A stretch of 64,000 nt of DNA from Candidatus Eiseniibacteriota bacterium (GTDB lineage Bacteria; Eisenbacteria; RBG-16-71-46; CAVPCR01), in contig CAVPCR010000004.1 of assembly GCA_963702435.1 (NCBI GenBank), positions 256,001 to 320,000 on the forward strand. The letters run 5' to 3'. Of this stretch, positions 42,836 through 55,282 are shown in pieces. Both the position numbers and the translations under genes were made by a program. The notes under the pieces are model-generated. The model did not search any database and was not told where the DNA came from. It saw nothing but the letters and a program-made list of their open reading frames with translations. Position 1 is the stretch's first letter, and each line of letters opens with the position of its first letter.

Positions 42836-43965
42836 TAGACGGCCAATCTGCATGCCGCTTTCACGCGGTGTGCGCCCCCGGCCTCGAGGCGGTGACCGCC
42901 GCCGAGATCGCCGCCCTCGGCGGCGCGGAGATCGCGGCGACGCGGGGCGGGGTCGGCTTCTCCGGGCCGCTGGTCCTCGGCTTCCGCGCCAACCTCTGGC
43001 TCCGCACCGCGGTCGAGGTGCGGCTCCGCCTCGCCCGCTTCCACGCGCCGAGCGAGCGGCTTCTCGCCGAGCGGGCGGGAGAGGTCGAGTGGGGCGCCTA
43101 CGTGCGCGCGGGCGACAGCGTGGAGGTGCGCGTGAGCGTGACGCGCTCGCATCTCGCGCACACGGGCCGGATCGCCGAGCTCGTGGCGTCCGCCGCCGGC
43201 GCGTCGCTCGCGCCGGGCGCCGCCGGCACGCGTCTCCACGCGCGGTTCGTGAACGACACCGCGACTCTCTCGATCGACATGTCGGGCGAGCTCCTCCATC
43301 GCCGCGGCTACCGGCAGGAGACGGGACCGGCTCCCCTCCGCGAGACGATTGCCGCGGCGCTTCTCCTCGCGCTCGACTGGGATGGCACGATGCCGCTCGT
43401 CGATCCCATGTGCGGCTCCGGCACGTTCGTGATCGAGGCGGCGCTCATCGCCCTGCGCATCGCCCCGGGACTCCGCCGGAGCTTCGCCTGCGAGCGCTGG
43501 CCGGTGAGCGAGCGCACGACCTGGGAGGCGCTCCGCGCGGAGGCCGAGTCGCTGGTCCGCGCCGTGCTGCCCGCGCCCATCGCGGGCTCCGATCGCAATG
43601 CCGGGGCCGTCGGTGTGGCGCGCCGGAACGCCGAGCGCGCAGGTGTCGCGGCGCAGATTGCGCTCGAGCGCCGCTTCCTGGTGGACACCGCGCCGCCGCC
43701 CGGCGCGAGCCCCGGTCTATTCATCACCAATCCGCCCTACGGCCGGCGCGTGACCGCGGTCGCGGACCTCGGTCCCCTCTATGCGGAGATCGGCCGCGTG
43801 CTCGCGGCGCGCTTCGCCGGCTGGCGCGCCGCCATCGTCAGCGCCGATCCCGTTCTCGATGCCCATCTCGGTCTACCGCGGCGGCAGGAGATCCCCTTCG
43901 TCCATGGCGGGCTGCACTGTCGTCTGATCGAACTCGCGCTGGCGGCCGGTGCGGAGAGCATGTAG
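42832..43965 (+). CDS. THUMP-domain RNA methyltransferase (RlmL-like)
   Basis: LHRRGYR, APLRETIAA, DPMCGSGT, TNPPYG. Confidence 0.9.
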   Translation: MIDGQSACRFHAVCAPGLEAVTAAEIAALGGAEIAATRGGVGFSGPLVLGFRANLWLRTAVEVRLRLARFHAPSERLLAERAGEVEWGAYVRAGDSVEVRVSVTRSHLAHTGRIAELVASAAGASLAPGAAGTRLHARFVNDTATLSIDMSGELLHRRGYRQETGPAPLRETIAAALLLALDWDGTMPLVDPMCGSGTFVIEAALIALRIAPGLRRSFACERWPVSERTTWEALRAEAESLVRAVLPAPIAGSDRNAGAVGVARRNAERAGVAAQIALERRFLVDTAPPPGASPGLFITNPPYGRRVTAVADLGPLYAEIGRVLAARFAGWRAAIVSADPVLDAHLGLPRRQEIPFVHGGLHCRLIELALAAGAESM

Positions 43966-44014
43966 GATCCGCCGCCGGAAGCATGCAGTGTTCTGGTCGA
44001 CCCCGGAGGTCTCT

Positions 44015-45460
44015 ATGTTGCCTGCACAACGAGTGACCCTGGTCATTCTCCTCGTCTTCATCTTCCGGCCCGCGCCCCTGCATGCCGACTGCGACTGCCC
44101 GGATCCGTTCGAACTCGATCGGCAGGGAGGCATCCTGTGGCGAGGCAGAATCCCGCTCACCCTCGCCGAGATCGCCCAGGTCTCCGCTCCCATCCTCTGG
44201 TTCACGCCCGAGGAACCCCTTCTCTACACCGGGTCGCTGGGGCTCCCCGATCCGCATCCCTGCGACCCGGAACCGTCCGAGTCCGGGACGGTTTACTACC
44301 AGGCGCACGTCATTCGCCTCAAGTCGGAGTACCGTCCGGTGGTGGAGCCGCTCGAGAGCGATCGGCAGTTCTTCGACAAGGTGAACAGCCTCTTGCTCCG
44401 CTACTTCTTCTACTACCGGGAAGACGTCGGCATGGACGGTCACGAGCACGATCTCGAGGTGGCGGAGTTCCATCTGCTCACTGAACGCACACCGGATGGC
44501 TGCTACCAGCTCCGCCTCACCCGCGTCGTCGGATTCGCGCACGGGGTCGACTGGTACAACAACATCCTGGATGTGAAGTCCGACACGCGGCTCCCGGTGC
44601 GGCTCCTCGTCGAAGAAGCAAAGCACGCGACCTGTCCCGATCGCAACGGGGACGGCGTATACACGCCGGGCTACGACGTGAACGTGAACGTCAACGACGC
44701 CTGGGGCGTGCGCGATGTTCTCGGCTCGGGGAGCCTCCTCGGCAGCTCCTTCCAGGCCGCCATGGCGAAGCCGCGCTCACCGCGCTATCGTGACGCCCCG
44801 CCCGACTTTGCGGGGCGCTGCCCATCCCTGCCGGTCTCGGTCGACGAGCTGCCGATCGAGCGGCGCTACACTCTGCGCTCGGGGGCCGCGATCGAAGCGT
44901 GCGACGCACCGCACGCCGAGAGGTTGAGCCAGATGATGCAGCGGAACGGCATGGGTAAGGACCAGTCCCCGAAGCAATACGAGGCCAACAGCTTCGAGGA
45001 CCTGACCGATCCGTTCCGCAAGCACACGAGCATCATTCCCGGCATCAGCTATCGCTACGACGGGCTCACCTACTCGGGGTGGAGCGTGCTCCTGCGCGGA
45101 GCCAACCTCGGCATCGTCTGGGTAGTGCCCAAGTTCAACGTGCAGAGCAAGTCCATATCGGGGGAGGTGCTCTTCACCCCCTCGGCATCCCGATGGGCGG
45201 ACTGGTACCTGACGCTCGGGCCCGAGTTCCTGAGGGAGGTCACCAGGGAAGAAAACGGAGAGGACGTGGTCGTTCGCGACAGCGAGTGGGAACCGGCGCT
45301 CGAGCTCGGCGCCAAGTTCCGCTTCCGCACGGTCGGGAAGCTCCGCTACTTGTTCCTGGGTTACGGATTCGGCGGGATCCGGATGGGTCTCCGGACGAAC
45401 GGACTGGACACGATCGAGGACTCGCGCTTCGTGTTCGAGTTCGGAGCCGGCGTGTGGTGA
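44015..45460 (+). CDS. Hypothetical exported protein; C-terminal beta-barrel-like region
   Basis: Signal peptide; HEHDLE; DRNGDG loop; ends [10 protein letters not shown]. Confidence 0.7.
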   Translation: MLPAQRVTLVILLVFIFRPAPLHADCDCPDPFELDRQGGILWRGRIPLTLAEIAQVSAPILWFTPEEPLLYTGSLGLPDPHPCDPEPSESGTVYYQAHVIRLKSEYRPVVEPLESDRQFFDKVNSLLLRYFFYYREDVGMDGHEHDLEVAEFHLLTERTPDGCYQLRLTRVVGFAHGVDWYNNILDVKSDTRLPVRLLVEEAKHATCPDRNGDGVYTPGYDVNVNVNDAWGVRDVLGSGSLLGSSFQAAMAKPRSPRYRDAPPDFAGRCPSLPVSVDELPIERRYTLRSGAAIEACDAPHAERLSQMMQRNGMGKDQSPKQYEANSFEDLTDPFRKHTSIIPGISYRYDGLTYSGWSVLLRGANLGIVWVVPKFNVQSKSISGEVLFTPSASRWADWYLTLGPEFLREVTREENGEDVVVRDSEWEPALELGAKFRFRTVGKLRYLFLGYGFGGIRMGLRTNGLDTIEDSRFVFEFGAGVW

Positions 45461-45497
45461 TCGCCCCGGTAGGGGGCAAGAAGGAGGGAGATCAGGG

Positions 45498-46208
45498 ATG
45501 AACCTTTCTCGTCGCGCCGTGGCCGAGTTCATCGGCACGTTCTGGCTGGTCCTCGGCGGGGTCGGGAGCGCGGTCCTGGCCGGCAAGTTCCCGGAGGTGG
45601 GGATCGGGCTCCTCGGGGTGTCCTTCGCCTTCGGCCTCACCGTGCTGACCATGGCCTACGCCATCGGCCACATCTCGGGCTGCCATCTGAACCCGGCGGT
45701 CTCGATCGGGCTCGTCGCCGGCGGGCGGTTCAAGGCGAGCGAGCTCGTGCCGTACATCGTCGCCCAGGTGCTCGGGGCGATCGTCGCCGCCGCAGTGCTT
45801 CTCTTCATCGCGAGCGGCACGTTCGGGTTCGACGTGAGCGCGGGGTTCGGGGCAAACGGCTACGCCGAGCACTCGATCGGGGGCTATTCGATGGGCGCAG
45901 GGTTCGTGACCGAGGTGGTGATGACCTTCATGTTCCTCCTCATCATCCTCGGCGCCACCGATCCGCGCGCACCGCAGGGCTTCGCGCCGATCGCGATCGG
46001 CCTCGGCCTCACCCTGATCCACCTGATCTCGATCCCCGTCACGCAGACCTCGGTGAACCCGGCGCGCTCGACCGGACCCGCGCTCATGGTCGGCGGCTGG
46101 GCGATCGCACAGCTCTGGATGTTCTGGGTGGCGCCGATCCTCGGGGCGCTGCTCGCGGGCGGGGTCTACCGCTGGCTCGCCCCGGCGCCGCCGGCGCGCG
46201 CTAGATGA
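45498..46208 (+). CDS. aqpZ: Aquaporin Z
   Basis: [11 protein letters not shown] and SVNPARS; ANGY.EHS.GGYSM. Confidence 0.96.
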   Translation: MNLSRRAVAEFIGTFWLVLGGVGSAVLAGKFPEVGIGLLGVSFAFGLTVLTMAYAIGHISGCHLNPAVSIGLVAGGRFKASELVPYIVAQVLGAIVAAAVLLFIASGTFGFDVSAGFGANGYAEHSIGGYSMGAGFVTEVVMTFMFLLIILGATDPRAPQGFAPIAIGLGLTLIHLISIPVTQTSVNPARSTGPALMVGGWAIAQLWMFWVAPILGALLAGGVYRWLAPAPPARAR

Positions 46209-47727
46209 ACTGCTTCGTCCGGCGCCAGGCCGCGGCGAGCGGCACCTTGAGGCCGCGCACGACATAGATGGGCAGGCTGCTCTCGCCAGGCATGGCGTAG
46301 GGCGACACGTGGGTCGCGGCGAGCTCGACGGTCTCCGCGTACGGCGCGAGATCGTCGAGCTCGTAGCCTATGGCGATGAACACCTGTGGCGACAGGTTTC
46401 CTGGCCCCCACAGGAAGTAGTTGTTGTGGCCGCTCACGGCGCGCGGCAGGCCATGGCGGCGCCCGAAATAGTTGACGGCCCCGGCCTCGCCATAGTTCGA
46501 GGCGAGGATCCCGCAGGCGGCGCGCTCGGGCGGCGGGAGCGTCGTGTAGACGCGGGCGACGTCGTCCACCATCTCTTCCCATCCGATGCGATCGGCGAAG
46601 TGCTGCGGCAGCGGCCCCTCCGCCCCGCGCTCGCCCGGGGGCACGGCGAGCCCGAGCCGCTCCATGTAGTCGACGAGATCGGGAGGCGCGAGGAGCGGCC
46701 GCGCGAGCGGTTGCACGGCGAGGCCGCCGGCGAGGACGAGTGCGACGAGCAGGGCCTGGAGCGGGCGGAGCGCGCGCCGGTCGAGCCAGCGCTCGATCGC
46801 GACGCCCCCCGCGGCGAGGAGCGGCAGGAAGGCGGGGGTCAGGTAGTATGGCTTGCTCCGCGTCGCGAGCAGGATGGCGAGCGTGACGAGCCAGATCCAG
46901 GCGAGAAGACGTCCGCGGCGGCCGGCCGGCGAGAAGAGGAGAGAGAGGAGGCCCGCGATCCACACCGGGAGGTTCGCGGGCCCCATCGTCACGAACTGGC
47001 TCGCCAGGAAATCGAGCGGTGCGACGGGCGCGATCTTGTAGGACTGGGCATTCCGGATGAACTCGAGCGTCGGCCAGCCGTTCGCCACCTGCCACAGCAC
47101 ATGGGGCAGGAAGAGAACGAGGGCGATGACGAGTCCGAGCCACAGCCGCCGATCGCGGAGCGCGCGTCGCTCGGGGGTCAAGAGCAGGCCGGATCCGATC
47201 CCCGCCATCAGAAAGAGCGCGCTCAGCTTGTTGAGAAGTCCGAGACCGAGCACCAATCCGAGCAGGAGCCAGAGTCGCGAATCGCCGCCACGCAAGAAGC
47301 GGGTGAGGAGGAGGAAGGCGACCGCCCAGAGCACGAGATCGACCGCGTTCATGGAGTAGAAGCCGGTGAGGGCGGCGTAGGCCGGTGCGAGGAGCGCCGC
47401 GAGCGCCGCCACGGCCTGGGCGTAGACATCGCCCCCGAGCTCGGCGGCGAGGAGGGCCGCGAGGAGGACGAGGGCGGCGCCGAGCAGCGCGGGCAGGAGG
47501 CGGATCGCGACCGGGGAGTCGCCGAGCGTCGCCTTCGTCGCGGCGAGGACGGCGATCGACAGCGGGGGATGGTCCACGTAGCCGAGGGCGGGATGAGCGG
47601 CACAATCGAGATAGTAGAGCTCGTCGCGGAACAGCCCGTAGCTCTCGTTGCCGACGAAGTGCAGGAGAAGCTGGAGCAGGGCGAGACCGGCCACGATCGG
47701 CATCGCGAGAGGACGGCGCGCGGTCAT
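46201..47727 (-). CDS. GT-C (ArnT/PMT-like) membrane glycosyltransferase
   Basis: [14 protein letters not shown], multiple TM helices, NYGEAGA..SGHNNY. Confidence 0.88.
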   Translation of the reverse strand: MTARRPLAMPIVAGLALLQLLLHFVGNESYGLFRDELYYLDCAAHPALGYVDHPPLSIAVLAATKATLGDSPVAIRLLPALLGAALVLLAALLAAELGGDVYAQAVAALAALLAPAYAALTGFYSMNAVDLVLWAVAFLLLTRFLRGGDSRLWLLLGLVLGLGLLNKLSALFLMAGIGSGLLLTPERRALRDRRLWLGLVIALVLFLPHVLWQVANGWPTLEFIRNAQSYKIAPVAPLDFLASQFVTMGPANLPVWIAGLLSLLFSPAGRRGRLLAWIWLVTLAILLATRSKPYYLTPAFLPLLAAGGVAIERWLDRRALRPLQALLVALVLAGGLAVQPLARPLLAPPDLVDYMERLGLAVPPGERGAEGPLPQHFADRIGWEEMVDDVARVYTTLPPPERAACGILASNYGEAGAVNYFGRRHGLPRAVSGHNNYFLWGPGNLSPQVFIAIGYELDDLAPYAETVELAATHVSPYAMPGESSLPIYVVRGLKVPLAAAWRRTKQFI

Positions 47728-47777
47728 GAGCGTTCCCTGGCAGCGGTCGCAGCGCTGCAAGCGGCGGCCGCGCCGGT

Positions 47778-48440
47778 CTACTCCGTCGAGATCTCGTTCG
47801 GGAGCTCGTTCACATCGCCCCGCTCACGAGGGAAGTACGCGTTGAGTTTATCGCCGACCCGGTGCACGGCGGCGATCGTGCCGGCCGCGAACTCGCGGCG
47901 CGCGAAGTGGGTTTCCATCTCGGCCGTGACATCTTCCCAGAATCCCACGGGCACTGCGCGATCGATGCCCTCATCGCCGATGATCGCGAAGCGGTGGTCG
48001 GCCACCGAGATGTAGATGAGGACTCCGTTCCGGGCGGCGGTGCCCTGCATCCCTAGAGTCGTGAACGACGCCTCGGCCGCGTCGCGCGGCCGGCCGCGGC
48101 TGTCGGCGGCGACGTGGACTCGGACCTCGCCGGAGGTTCGGCTCTCGGCATCGCGGATCGCCCGGCTGATGGCCGCACGGTCCTCCGGCGTGAAGAACCC
48201 GGCCGCGGACTCGCCGCGGCGGGGGCGGAGCGAGATGACGAGGAGCGTGGCGGCCAGTGCGAAGAGGGCCAGTGCGAGCGCGCCGCGCCAGGTGAGCAGG
48301 CCGGCGAGGCCGGCCGGCGCCCAGCTCGCCTCGCTCGCCACGGCACCCAGATCCGGATGCATGGCGAGGACGAGGCGCAGGAACGCGATCAAGGCGAAGA
48401 CCGCTCCCACGAAGAGGACCGTGCGCCGCCGGTTCATCAT
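47778..48440 (-). CDS. TPM domain protein
   Basis: AESRTSGEVRVH, RNGVLIY, GDEGID, NELPN. Confidence 0.88.
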   Translation of the reverse strand: MMNRRRTVLFVGAVFALIAFLRLVLAMHPDLGAVASEASWAPAGLAGLLTWRGALALALFALAATLLVISLRPRRGESAAGFFTPEDRAAISRAIRDAESRTSGEVRVHVAADSRGRPRDAAEASFTTLGMQGTAARNGVLIYISVADHRFAIIGDEGIDRAVPVGFWEDVTAEMETHFARREFAAGTIAAVHRVGDKLNAYFPRERGDVNELPNEISTE

Positions 48441-48451
48441 CGCACCGTTCC

Positions 48452-49288
48452 TCACCAGCCGCCGGAGGCGCCGCCGCCCCCGAAGCTGCCGCCGCCGCCG
48501 CTGAAGCCGCCGCCGCCACCACCGAAGCCACCGCCCAGGCCGCCGCCTCCGCCGATACCCCCGCCGAAGCCGCCGAACGGCCCGCCCCACGTGCGGCGAG
48601 GCCGGCGCCGCCACCCGTGCTCATCGCCGAGCATGTCGTGGTCGCCGCGGGAGCGCATGATGCGCGGCAGGATCACGAAGAGGAAGAGGAGGAGGAGAAT
48701 CGGGATGAGGGATGAGGCGAGATGGCCGCCGCCGCCGGCGGCCGGTTCCGCCCGATACTCGCCCTGGATCGCGCCGATGATCGCCGCCACGCTCTCCTCG
48801 ACCCCACCGTCGAAGTCGCCGTCGCGGAAGCGCGGGGCGAGGACGTTCCGCAGTATGCGGCTCGAGAGCGCGTCGGTGAGCCGGCCCTCGAGGCCGTACC
48901 CGACCTCGAGCCGTGTCTTCCGGTCCCCGACGAAGATGAGGAGGATGACCCCATTGTCGTGCTCGGCGCCGCCGATCTTCCACTGCTCGGCGAGCCGGAT
49001 CGAGAAGTCCTCGAGGCTTTCCTCCCCCAGTGACGGGAAGATGGCGACCGCGATCTGGTCGGAGGAGGCGGTTTCGTGCGCGGCGATCCGGGCCTCGATG
49101 CGCGCGACGGCGGCGGGCGAGAGCAGGTTCGCGTAGTCCGAGACGCGGCCGAGGGGGGCCGCCGGCACCTCGAGGGCGCGAGCCGGCGGCACCGGGGTCA
49201 GGGCAGAGGCGAACAGCAGGACCAGGACGAGCGCAGCTGTTCGCACGCTCGCGAGCGCGCGCCGCCCGATGCCTGCCCGCTCGTGCAT
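48452..49288 (-). CDS. TPM domain protein (YgcG-like)
   Basis: DNGVIL, RLEVGYGLEG, Gly-rich tail GGGSFGGGGASGGW. Confidence 0.92.
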   Translation of the reverse strand: MHERAGIGRRALASVRTAALVLVLLFASALTPVPPARALEVPAAPLGRVSDYANLLSPAAVARIEARIAAHETASSDQIAVAIFPSLGEESLEDFSIRLAEQWKIGGAEHDNGVILLIFVGDRKTRLEVGYGLEGRLTDALSSRILRNVLAPRFRDGDFDGGVEESVAAIIGAIQGEYRAEPAAGGGGHLASSLIPILLLLFLFVILPRIMRSRGDHDMLGDEHGWRRRPRRTWGGPFGGFGGGIGGGGGLGGGFGGGGGGFSGGGGSFGGGGASGGW

Positions 49289-49307
49289 GGCCGCGACGCC
49301 GCCGGGC

Positions 49308-49913
49308 CTAGAACTGGACCTTGGGCGCCTGTTCGGCGCCGGGCGCGGCCTCGAAGTACGGCCGCGGCTTGAACCCGGCGAGGCCGGCCACGATGTTGTT
49401 CGGGATCTGTCCGATCAGCGTGTTGTAGACGCGGGCCGTCTCGTTGAAGCGGTTCCGCTCGACCGCGATGCGGTTCTCGGTGCCCTCGAGCTGGCTCTGC
49501 AGCTCCAGGAAGCTCTGATTGGCCTTGAGCTCCGGATAGCGCTCGACCGTCACCAGAAGCCGGCTGAGCGCGGTCGAGATCTCGCCCTGCGCGGCCTGGA
49601 AGCGCTGGAAGGCTGCGGGATCCTCGAGCACCTCGGGACCGAGCGTCACCTGCCCCGCCCTGGCCCGCGCCTCGGAGACCGCGATGTAGGTCTCCTTCTC
49701 GAAGTTGGCCACCCCCTTCACGGTCTCGACCAGGTTGGGGATGAGATCGAAGCGCCGCTGATACACGTTCTGCACCTGGGCCCAGGCCTCGTTCACCTGC
49801 TCGCGCGACTGGTACATCGCGTTGTAGCGTTGCATGAAGAACGAGCCAAGAATGATCGCGAGGAAGAGAAGCCCCGCCAGGACGACCACGCCGGTCATGC
49901 ACCCACGACTCAT
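49308..49913 (-). CDS. lemA: LemA family protein
   Basis: YQRRFDLIPNLV, ERYPELKAN, LEGTENRI. Confidence 0.93.
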   Translation of the reverse strand: MSRGCMTGVVVLAGLLFLAIILGSFFMQRYNAMYQSREQVNEAWAQVQNVYQRRFDLIPNLVETVKGVANFEKETYIAVSEARARAGQVTLGPEVLEDPAAFQRFQAAQGEISTALSRLLVTVERYPELKANQSFLELQSQLEGTENRIAVERNRFNETARVYNTLIGQIPNNIVAGLAGFKPRPYFEAAPGAEQAPKVQF

Positions 49914-50156
49914 GTCCGAATCCTCGCCCTCTGGTTGATCGCCTTTGCCCCGGCGATGCCCCGCTCCCCACGTGGGAGAGGGCTTCGCCACCGCCCTCTT
50001 TACCACGCATGGCGCGGGCGGTCCAGGGAGGGGTGGGGCGTCAGGGCCGGCGCCATCCCCGGCCCGCATTCGACCCGGCGCGAGGCCCGTGCTAGGCTTC
50101 CCGCACGGCGCGGCCGACCGCGCCGGTGAGAGCGGCGAGAGCGAGGTGAGCGAGCC

Positions 50157-51683
<1,527 letters not shown>

Positions 51684-51725
51684 CGGAGCGGTCGGCCAGG
51701 CAGGCGGGCCGAGCAGGCAAGCGCG

Positions 51726-53024
51726 ATGGATCCTATCACCACCATCCAGGGACGCGAGAGCGGGCTCATCGACGTGGCCGCGATCGAGCGCGAGCTCGCC
51801 GCGATGTGGCGTTCGGCTTCGGCGGAGCGCGAGCGTGGTGCGGTGACGCGCGCCTGTCGCACCAACCTGATCGTGCTCGACGGGATCGACCCCGCAGTGC
51901 TCGAGGAGGTGACACGCCGGCATCCGGCCCGGCTCATCACCGTGATGCGCGCCGGCGACGAGGCGAATGCCGCACCGCTCGCGGCCAGCGTGAGCGCTCT
52001 CTGCCACCTGCGTCCGGGCGGCGGCGGACTCCTGTGCTCGGAGCGGATCACGTTCACCGTGGGTGCGGATGGCGCCGAGCGGCTCGCGAGCGCGGTGCGC
52101 GGGCTCCTGGTCGGCGAGTTGCCGGTGGCGCTCCTCGGCACCGCGGAAGCGATCCGCGACCACGCGCCGGCGAACCTTCTCGCCCTGGCCGATCGCGTGC
52201 TCTTCGATTCGACCGGTGCGGTACCGGAGGTGTGGTGGGATGTGGTCGCCGCCACCGGCGATCCGGCTCGGGTCACCGATCTCGCCTGGCTCCGCCTGGC
52301 CTCTTTCCGCCGTGCGGTCGCCCAGGCCGTCGCGCATTCGCCGCTCCGGAAGGCGGTGCAGCGGCTCGAGTCGGTGGATGTCGGACACGCCGCGCGGCCG
52401 ACCGCGGCGCTTCTCACCGCGGCCTGGCTCGGCCAGCGCCTGCGCTGGGGGCGGCCGCGGCGCCCGCGTCTCGCGCCGGGGGCTCCACCGAGCGCGGTCC
52501 CGGCCCAACCCCCGCGCGTGCTCGAGGTGTCGGGGCGCGGGCGGCGCGTGCGCCTGCGGTTCGGCACGACGCAGCCGCCGGAAGACATGGTTCTCCTCCT
52601 CCGCACGCCGGACTTCGAGCTGCGCGCGGCGCTCGACGAGGGGGCGGCGATGGTGAACGTGATCATCGGCGCCGGCCGGATGCGCTTGCGTGAACGGGAT
52701 CGGCGGCGCGGCGCGCCTGCGGGCGGCGGAAACACCGCGCGCCGCGAGCACATCCCGATCCTCGTGCCCGGTCTCGGCGCTCTGGTCGTGGATGCGCTCG
52801 AGCATCGCGGTCTCTGCGATCGCGATCAGGGGCCCGTGCTCGGGCGTGCGCGCGACATGGCCGCCGCCTATGCGAGCACTGCGGCCGTGGAGGCGGCCCA
52901 TGCCGGGACGCCCGAGCCGGCGAGCAGACAGACGCCCGAGCCGGCGAGCAGCGAGCCGCCCGAGCCGCCGAGCAGCGAGTCTCCGCCGCCGAGCAGCGAG
53001 CCGCCGCCGCCGGCCGCGTCGTGA
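51726..53024 (+). CDS. opcA: G6PDH assembly protein OpcA-like
   Basis: Follows zwf; HPARLI, CSERI, DLAWLRL; Pro/Ser repeat tail. Confidence 0.8.
   Translation: MDPITTIQGRESGLIDVAAIERELAAMWRSASAERERGAVTRACRTNLIVLDGIDPAVLEEVTRRHPARLITVMRAGDEANAAPLAASVSALCHLRPGGGGLLCSERITFTVGADGAERLASAVRGLLVGELPVALLGTAEAIRDHAPANLLALADRVLFDSTGAVPEVWWDVVAATGDPARVTDLAWLRLASFRRAVAQAVAHSPLRKAVQRLESVDVGHAARPTAALLTAAWLGQRLRWGRPRRPRLAPGAPPSAVPAQPPRVLEVSGRGRRVRLRFGTTQPPEDMVLLLRTPDFELRAALDEGAAMVNVIIGAGRMRLRERDRRRGAPAGGGNTARREHIPILVPGLGALVVDALEHRGLCDRDQGPVLGRARDMAAAYASTAAVEAAHAGTPEPASRQTPEPASSEPPEPPSSESPPPSSEPPPPAAS
52908..53010. repeat. Degenerate ~24-bp coding repeats (TPEPAS/EPPS)
   Basis: cccgagccggcgagcag units. Confidence 0.75.
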
Positions 53025-54007
53025 TCCTCGCCGGTGACATCGGCGGCACCAAGACCGCGCTCGGGCTCTTCACGCTCGACAGCGGAGCTTTCCGCTCCGT
53101 GGCCGCCGCGGAGTACGCGAGCCGCGAGCACGCCGGGCTGGCCGATGTGGTCGCTCACTTCCTGGCGACAGCGCCCGCCCGTTCGGCGTCCGCGCCGCTC
53201 CGCGCGGCCGGGTTCGGGATCGCGGGGCCGGTCATCGGGCGCCGGGTGACGGCGACCAATCTCCCCTGGGTCGTGGACGCGGGGGATCTCGAGGGCCGGC
53301 TCGGCGTGCCGGTCCGTCTCCTGAACGATCTGGCGGCGATGGCGGCGGGGATCGCCGAGCTCGCCCCGGATGATTTCGCCGAGCTGCAGCCGGGGCATGC
53401 CGAGCCCGGCGGGGCGGCCGTGCTCATCGCCGCGGGGACCGGCCTCGGCCAGGCCATCCTCGCGCCGGCGGGGGACCGGTGCGTGCCGGTCGCTTCCGAG
53501 GGCGGGCACGCCGATCTCGCGGCGCGGAACGACGGGGAGATCGCTCTCCTTCGCTTCCTCCTCGCGCGTTACGGGCGAGCCGACTACGAGCACGTGCTGT
53601 CCGGGCCGGGTCTCCTGAACTGCTATCGTTTCACGCACGAGGCCGCAGGCGCCGGTGCCGCACCGCACGGCGATCTCCTCGCGGCGCCGGATCCGCCCGC
53701 CGCCGTCAGTGCATCGGCCCTCGCCCGCGCCTGCCCGCGCTGCGTCAAGAGCCTCGAGCTCTTCGTCTCGATTTACGGCGCCGAGACGGGAAATCTTGCG
53801 CTGAGGGCGATGGCGATGGGCGGTGTCTACGTGGGAGGCGGCATCGCGCCGAAGATCCTGCCCGCCCTCGCCGACGGGCGTTTCATCGCCGCTTTCCGCG
53901 ACAAGGGGGAGCCGTTCACGGCCCTCCTCGCCCGGATCCCGATCCGCGTGATCCTGAACCCCGGGGCGGCCCTCCTCGGGGCGGCGCGGGCGGCGGCCGG
54001 CGTCTGA
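53021..54007 (+). CDS. glk: Glucokinase
   Basis: LAGDIGGTKT, LLND, GTGLG, SEGGH, GGGIAPK. Confidence 0.95.
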   Translation: MILAGDIGGTKTALGLFTLDSGAFRSVAAAEYASREHAGLADVVAHFLATAPARSASAPLRAAGFGIAGPVIGRRVTATNLPWVVDAGDLEGRLGVPVRLLNDLAAMAAGIAELAPDDFAELQPGHAEPGGAAVLIAAGTGLGQAILAPAGDRCVPVASEGGHADLAARNDGEIALLRFLLARYGRADYEHVLSGPGLLNCYRFTHEAAGAGAAPHGDLLAAPDPPAAVSASALARACPRCVKSLELFVSIYGAETGNLALRAMAMGGVYVGGGIAPKILPALADGRFIAAFRDKGEPFTALLARIPIRVILNPGAALLGAARAAAGV

Positions 54008-54147
54008 GGCTCGTGCCGGCCGTGGGGGCCGGGGTCCCCGGTTTTCCCGGAACTATCCCGCCCGGAAGGGCATCCAATGGGAGACCGTTGCGGAGCGCCC
54101 GCCTTCCGCCATGCCCCCCGGCATGCTACCCGCCCAGGAGATCGTCC

Positions 54148-55218
54148 ATGTTCGGTGCACAACCGGCTCTGACTGCGCTCTTTCTCGTCCTCGTTGCGGG
54201 CGCCTGGCCCTTCCTCTCCCTGGCCGCCGATCGCATCGTCGTCCTCGAGCACTATACGAACTTCAGGTGAGGGTCCTGCGGGGTGGTGGATCCACCCCTC
54301 AAGGATTGGATCTTCTCGAAGCCCGACGTCGTCGCGATCGAGTACCACACGTCGTTCCCGTACGCCGGCGATCCCTTCTATCTCGCCAATCCGGCGGAGG
54401 TGAACGCGCGCGTCTTCTACAATCAGATCTCCTCGACGCCGTCCATTCGCATGGACGGACCGTCCATCCCGGCGGGCAACAATCCGGCAGCCTACGAGGC
54501 GCTCTACCAGCAGCGGAAGGCGATCCAGTCGCGGGCGCGGATCGAGCTCGGCGGGACCTATGACCCGGGCACGCGCACGGGCGAGTTGACCGCTCGCGTC
54601 ATCGCCGAGAGCGCGATCGGCGGTGCCCAGCGGCTTCGCATCGCCATCATCGAGAACGACATCCTGTACGCGGCGCCGAACGGGATCGACATCCATCATC
54701 ACGTGTTCCGGCGATTCGTGCCCGACACGACCGGCACGGTGCTCGCCTTCGCCGCCCCGTATCCCGACACGCTGCTCGTCGCGCTGCCGTTCGCGGTCGC
54801 CGGCGACTGGGCCGAGGAGAACGTCGAACTCGTCGCCTTCCTGCAGGAGCAGGGGTCGCGCCAGATCGAGCAGGGAGCCGGGCTCCCGATCATGGATCTG
54901 CCGGCCGGCGTCGGCGAGGAGCCGGCGCCGCCGGCGGCGAGCGCCGATCGTCTCGATCCCGTGCGCCCGAATCCGTTCAACCCGCGCGCCGAGATCCGCT
55001 TCGAACTCGCCCGCGGCGGCCCGACCGAGGTCGCCGTGCACGATGCGCTCGGGCGGCGGGTGCGCACGCTCCTCGCTGCGGAGCGCGTTGCGGGGGCCCA
55101 CTCCCTCTTCTGGGACGGCCGGGACGATGCAGGGCAGGATGTCGGCTCCGGCATCTACTTCGTGCGGCTATCCGGACCGACCGCGACCCGCGTCGAACGG
55201 GCGGTTCTCCTGCGGTAG
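54148..55218 (+). CDS. Omp28-like thioredoxin-fold exported protein, probable selenoprotein (UxxC), with FlgD/T9SS-like C-terminal domain
   Basis: AGGAG RBS, signal peptide, VVLEHYTNFR-TGA-GSC in frame with the downstream ORF; YH..F...DPFY, HHVFR; SECIS-like hairpin. Confidence 0.8.
54274..54305 (+). promoter_or_regulatory. Putative bacterial SECIS element
   Basis: ggggtgg-TGGAT-ccacccc stem-loop with lower tcct/agga pairing; loop begins 17 nt after the UGA. Confidence 0.65.
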
Positions 55219-55282
55219 CCCGGGCCGTTTCGTGCTCCCGCGCCGGCGCGTCTCGCGCTAGACTCCGGCGGCGGGAGGCGAG

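Noticed and set aside
54268..54270. TGA as evidence for genome-wide UGA recoding
   Set aside because: TGA is used as a normal stop in many genes here (e.g. hsdM, glk), and this one sits at a redox Cys position with a hairpin.
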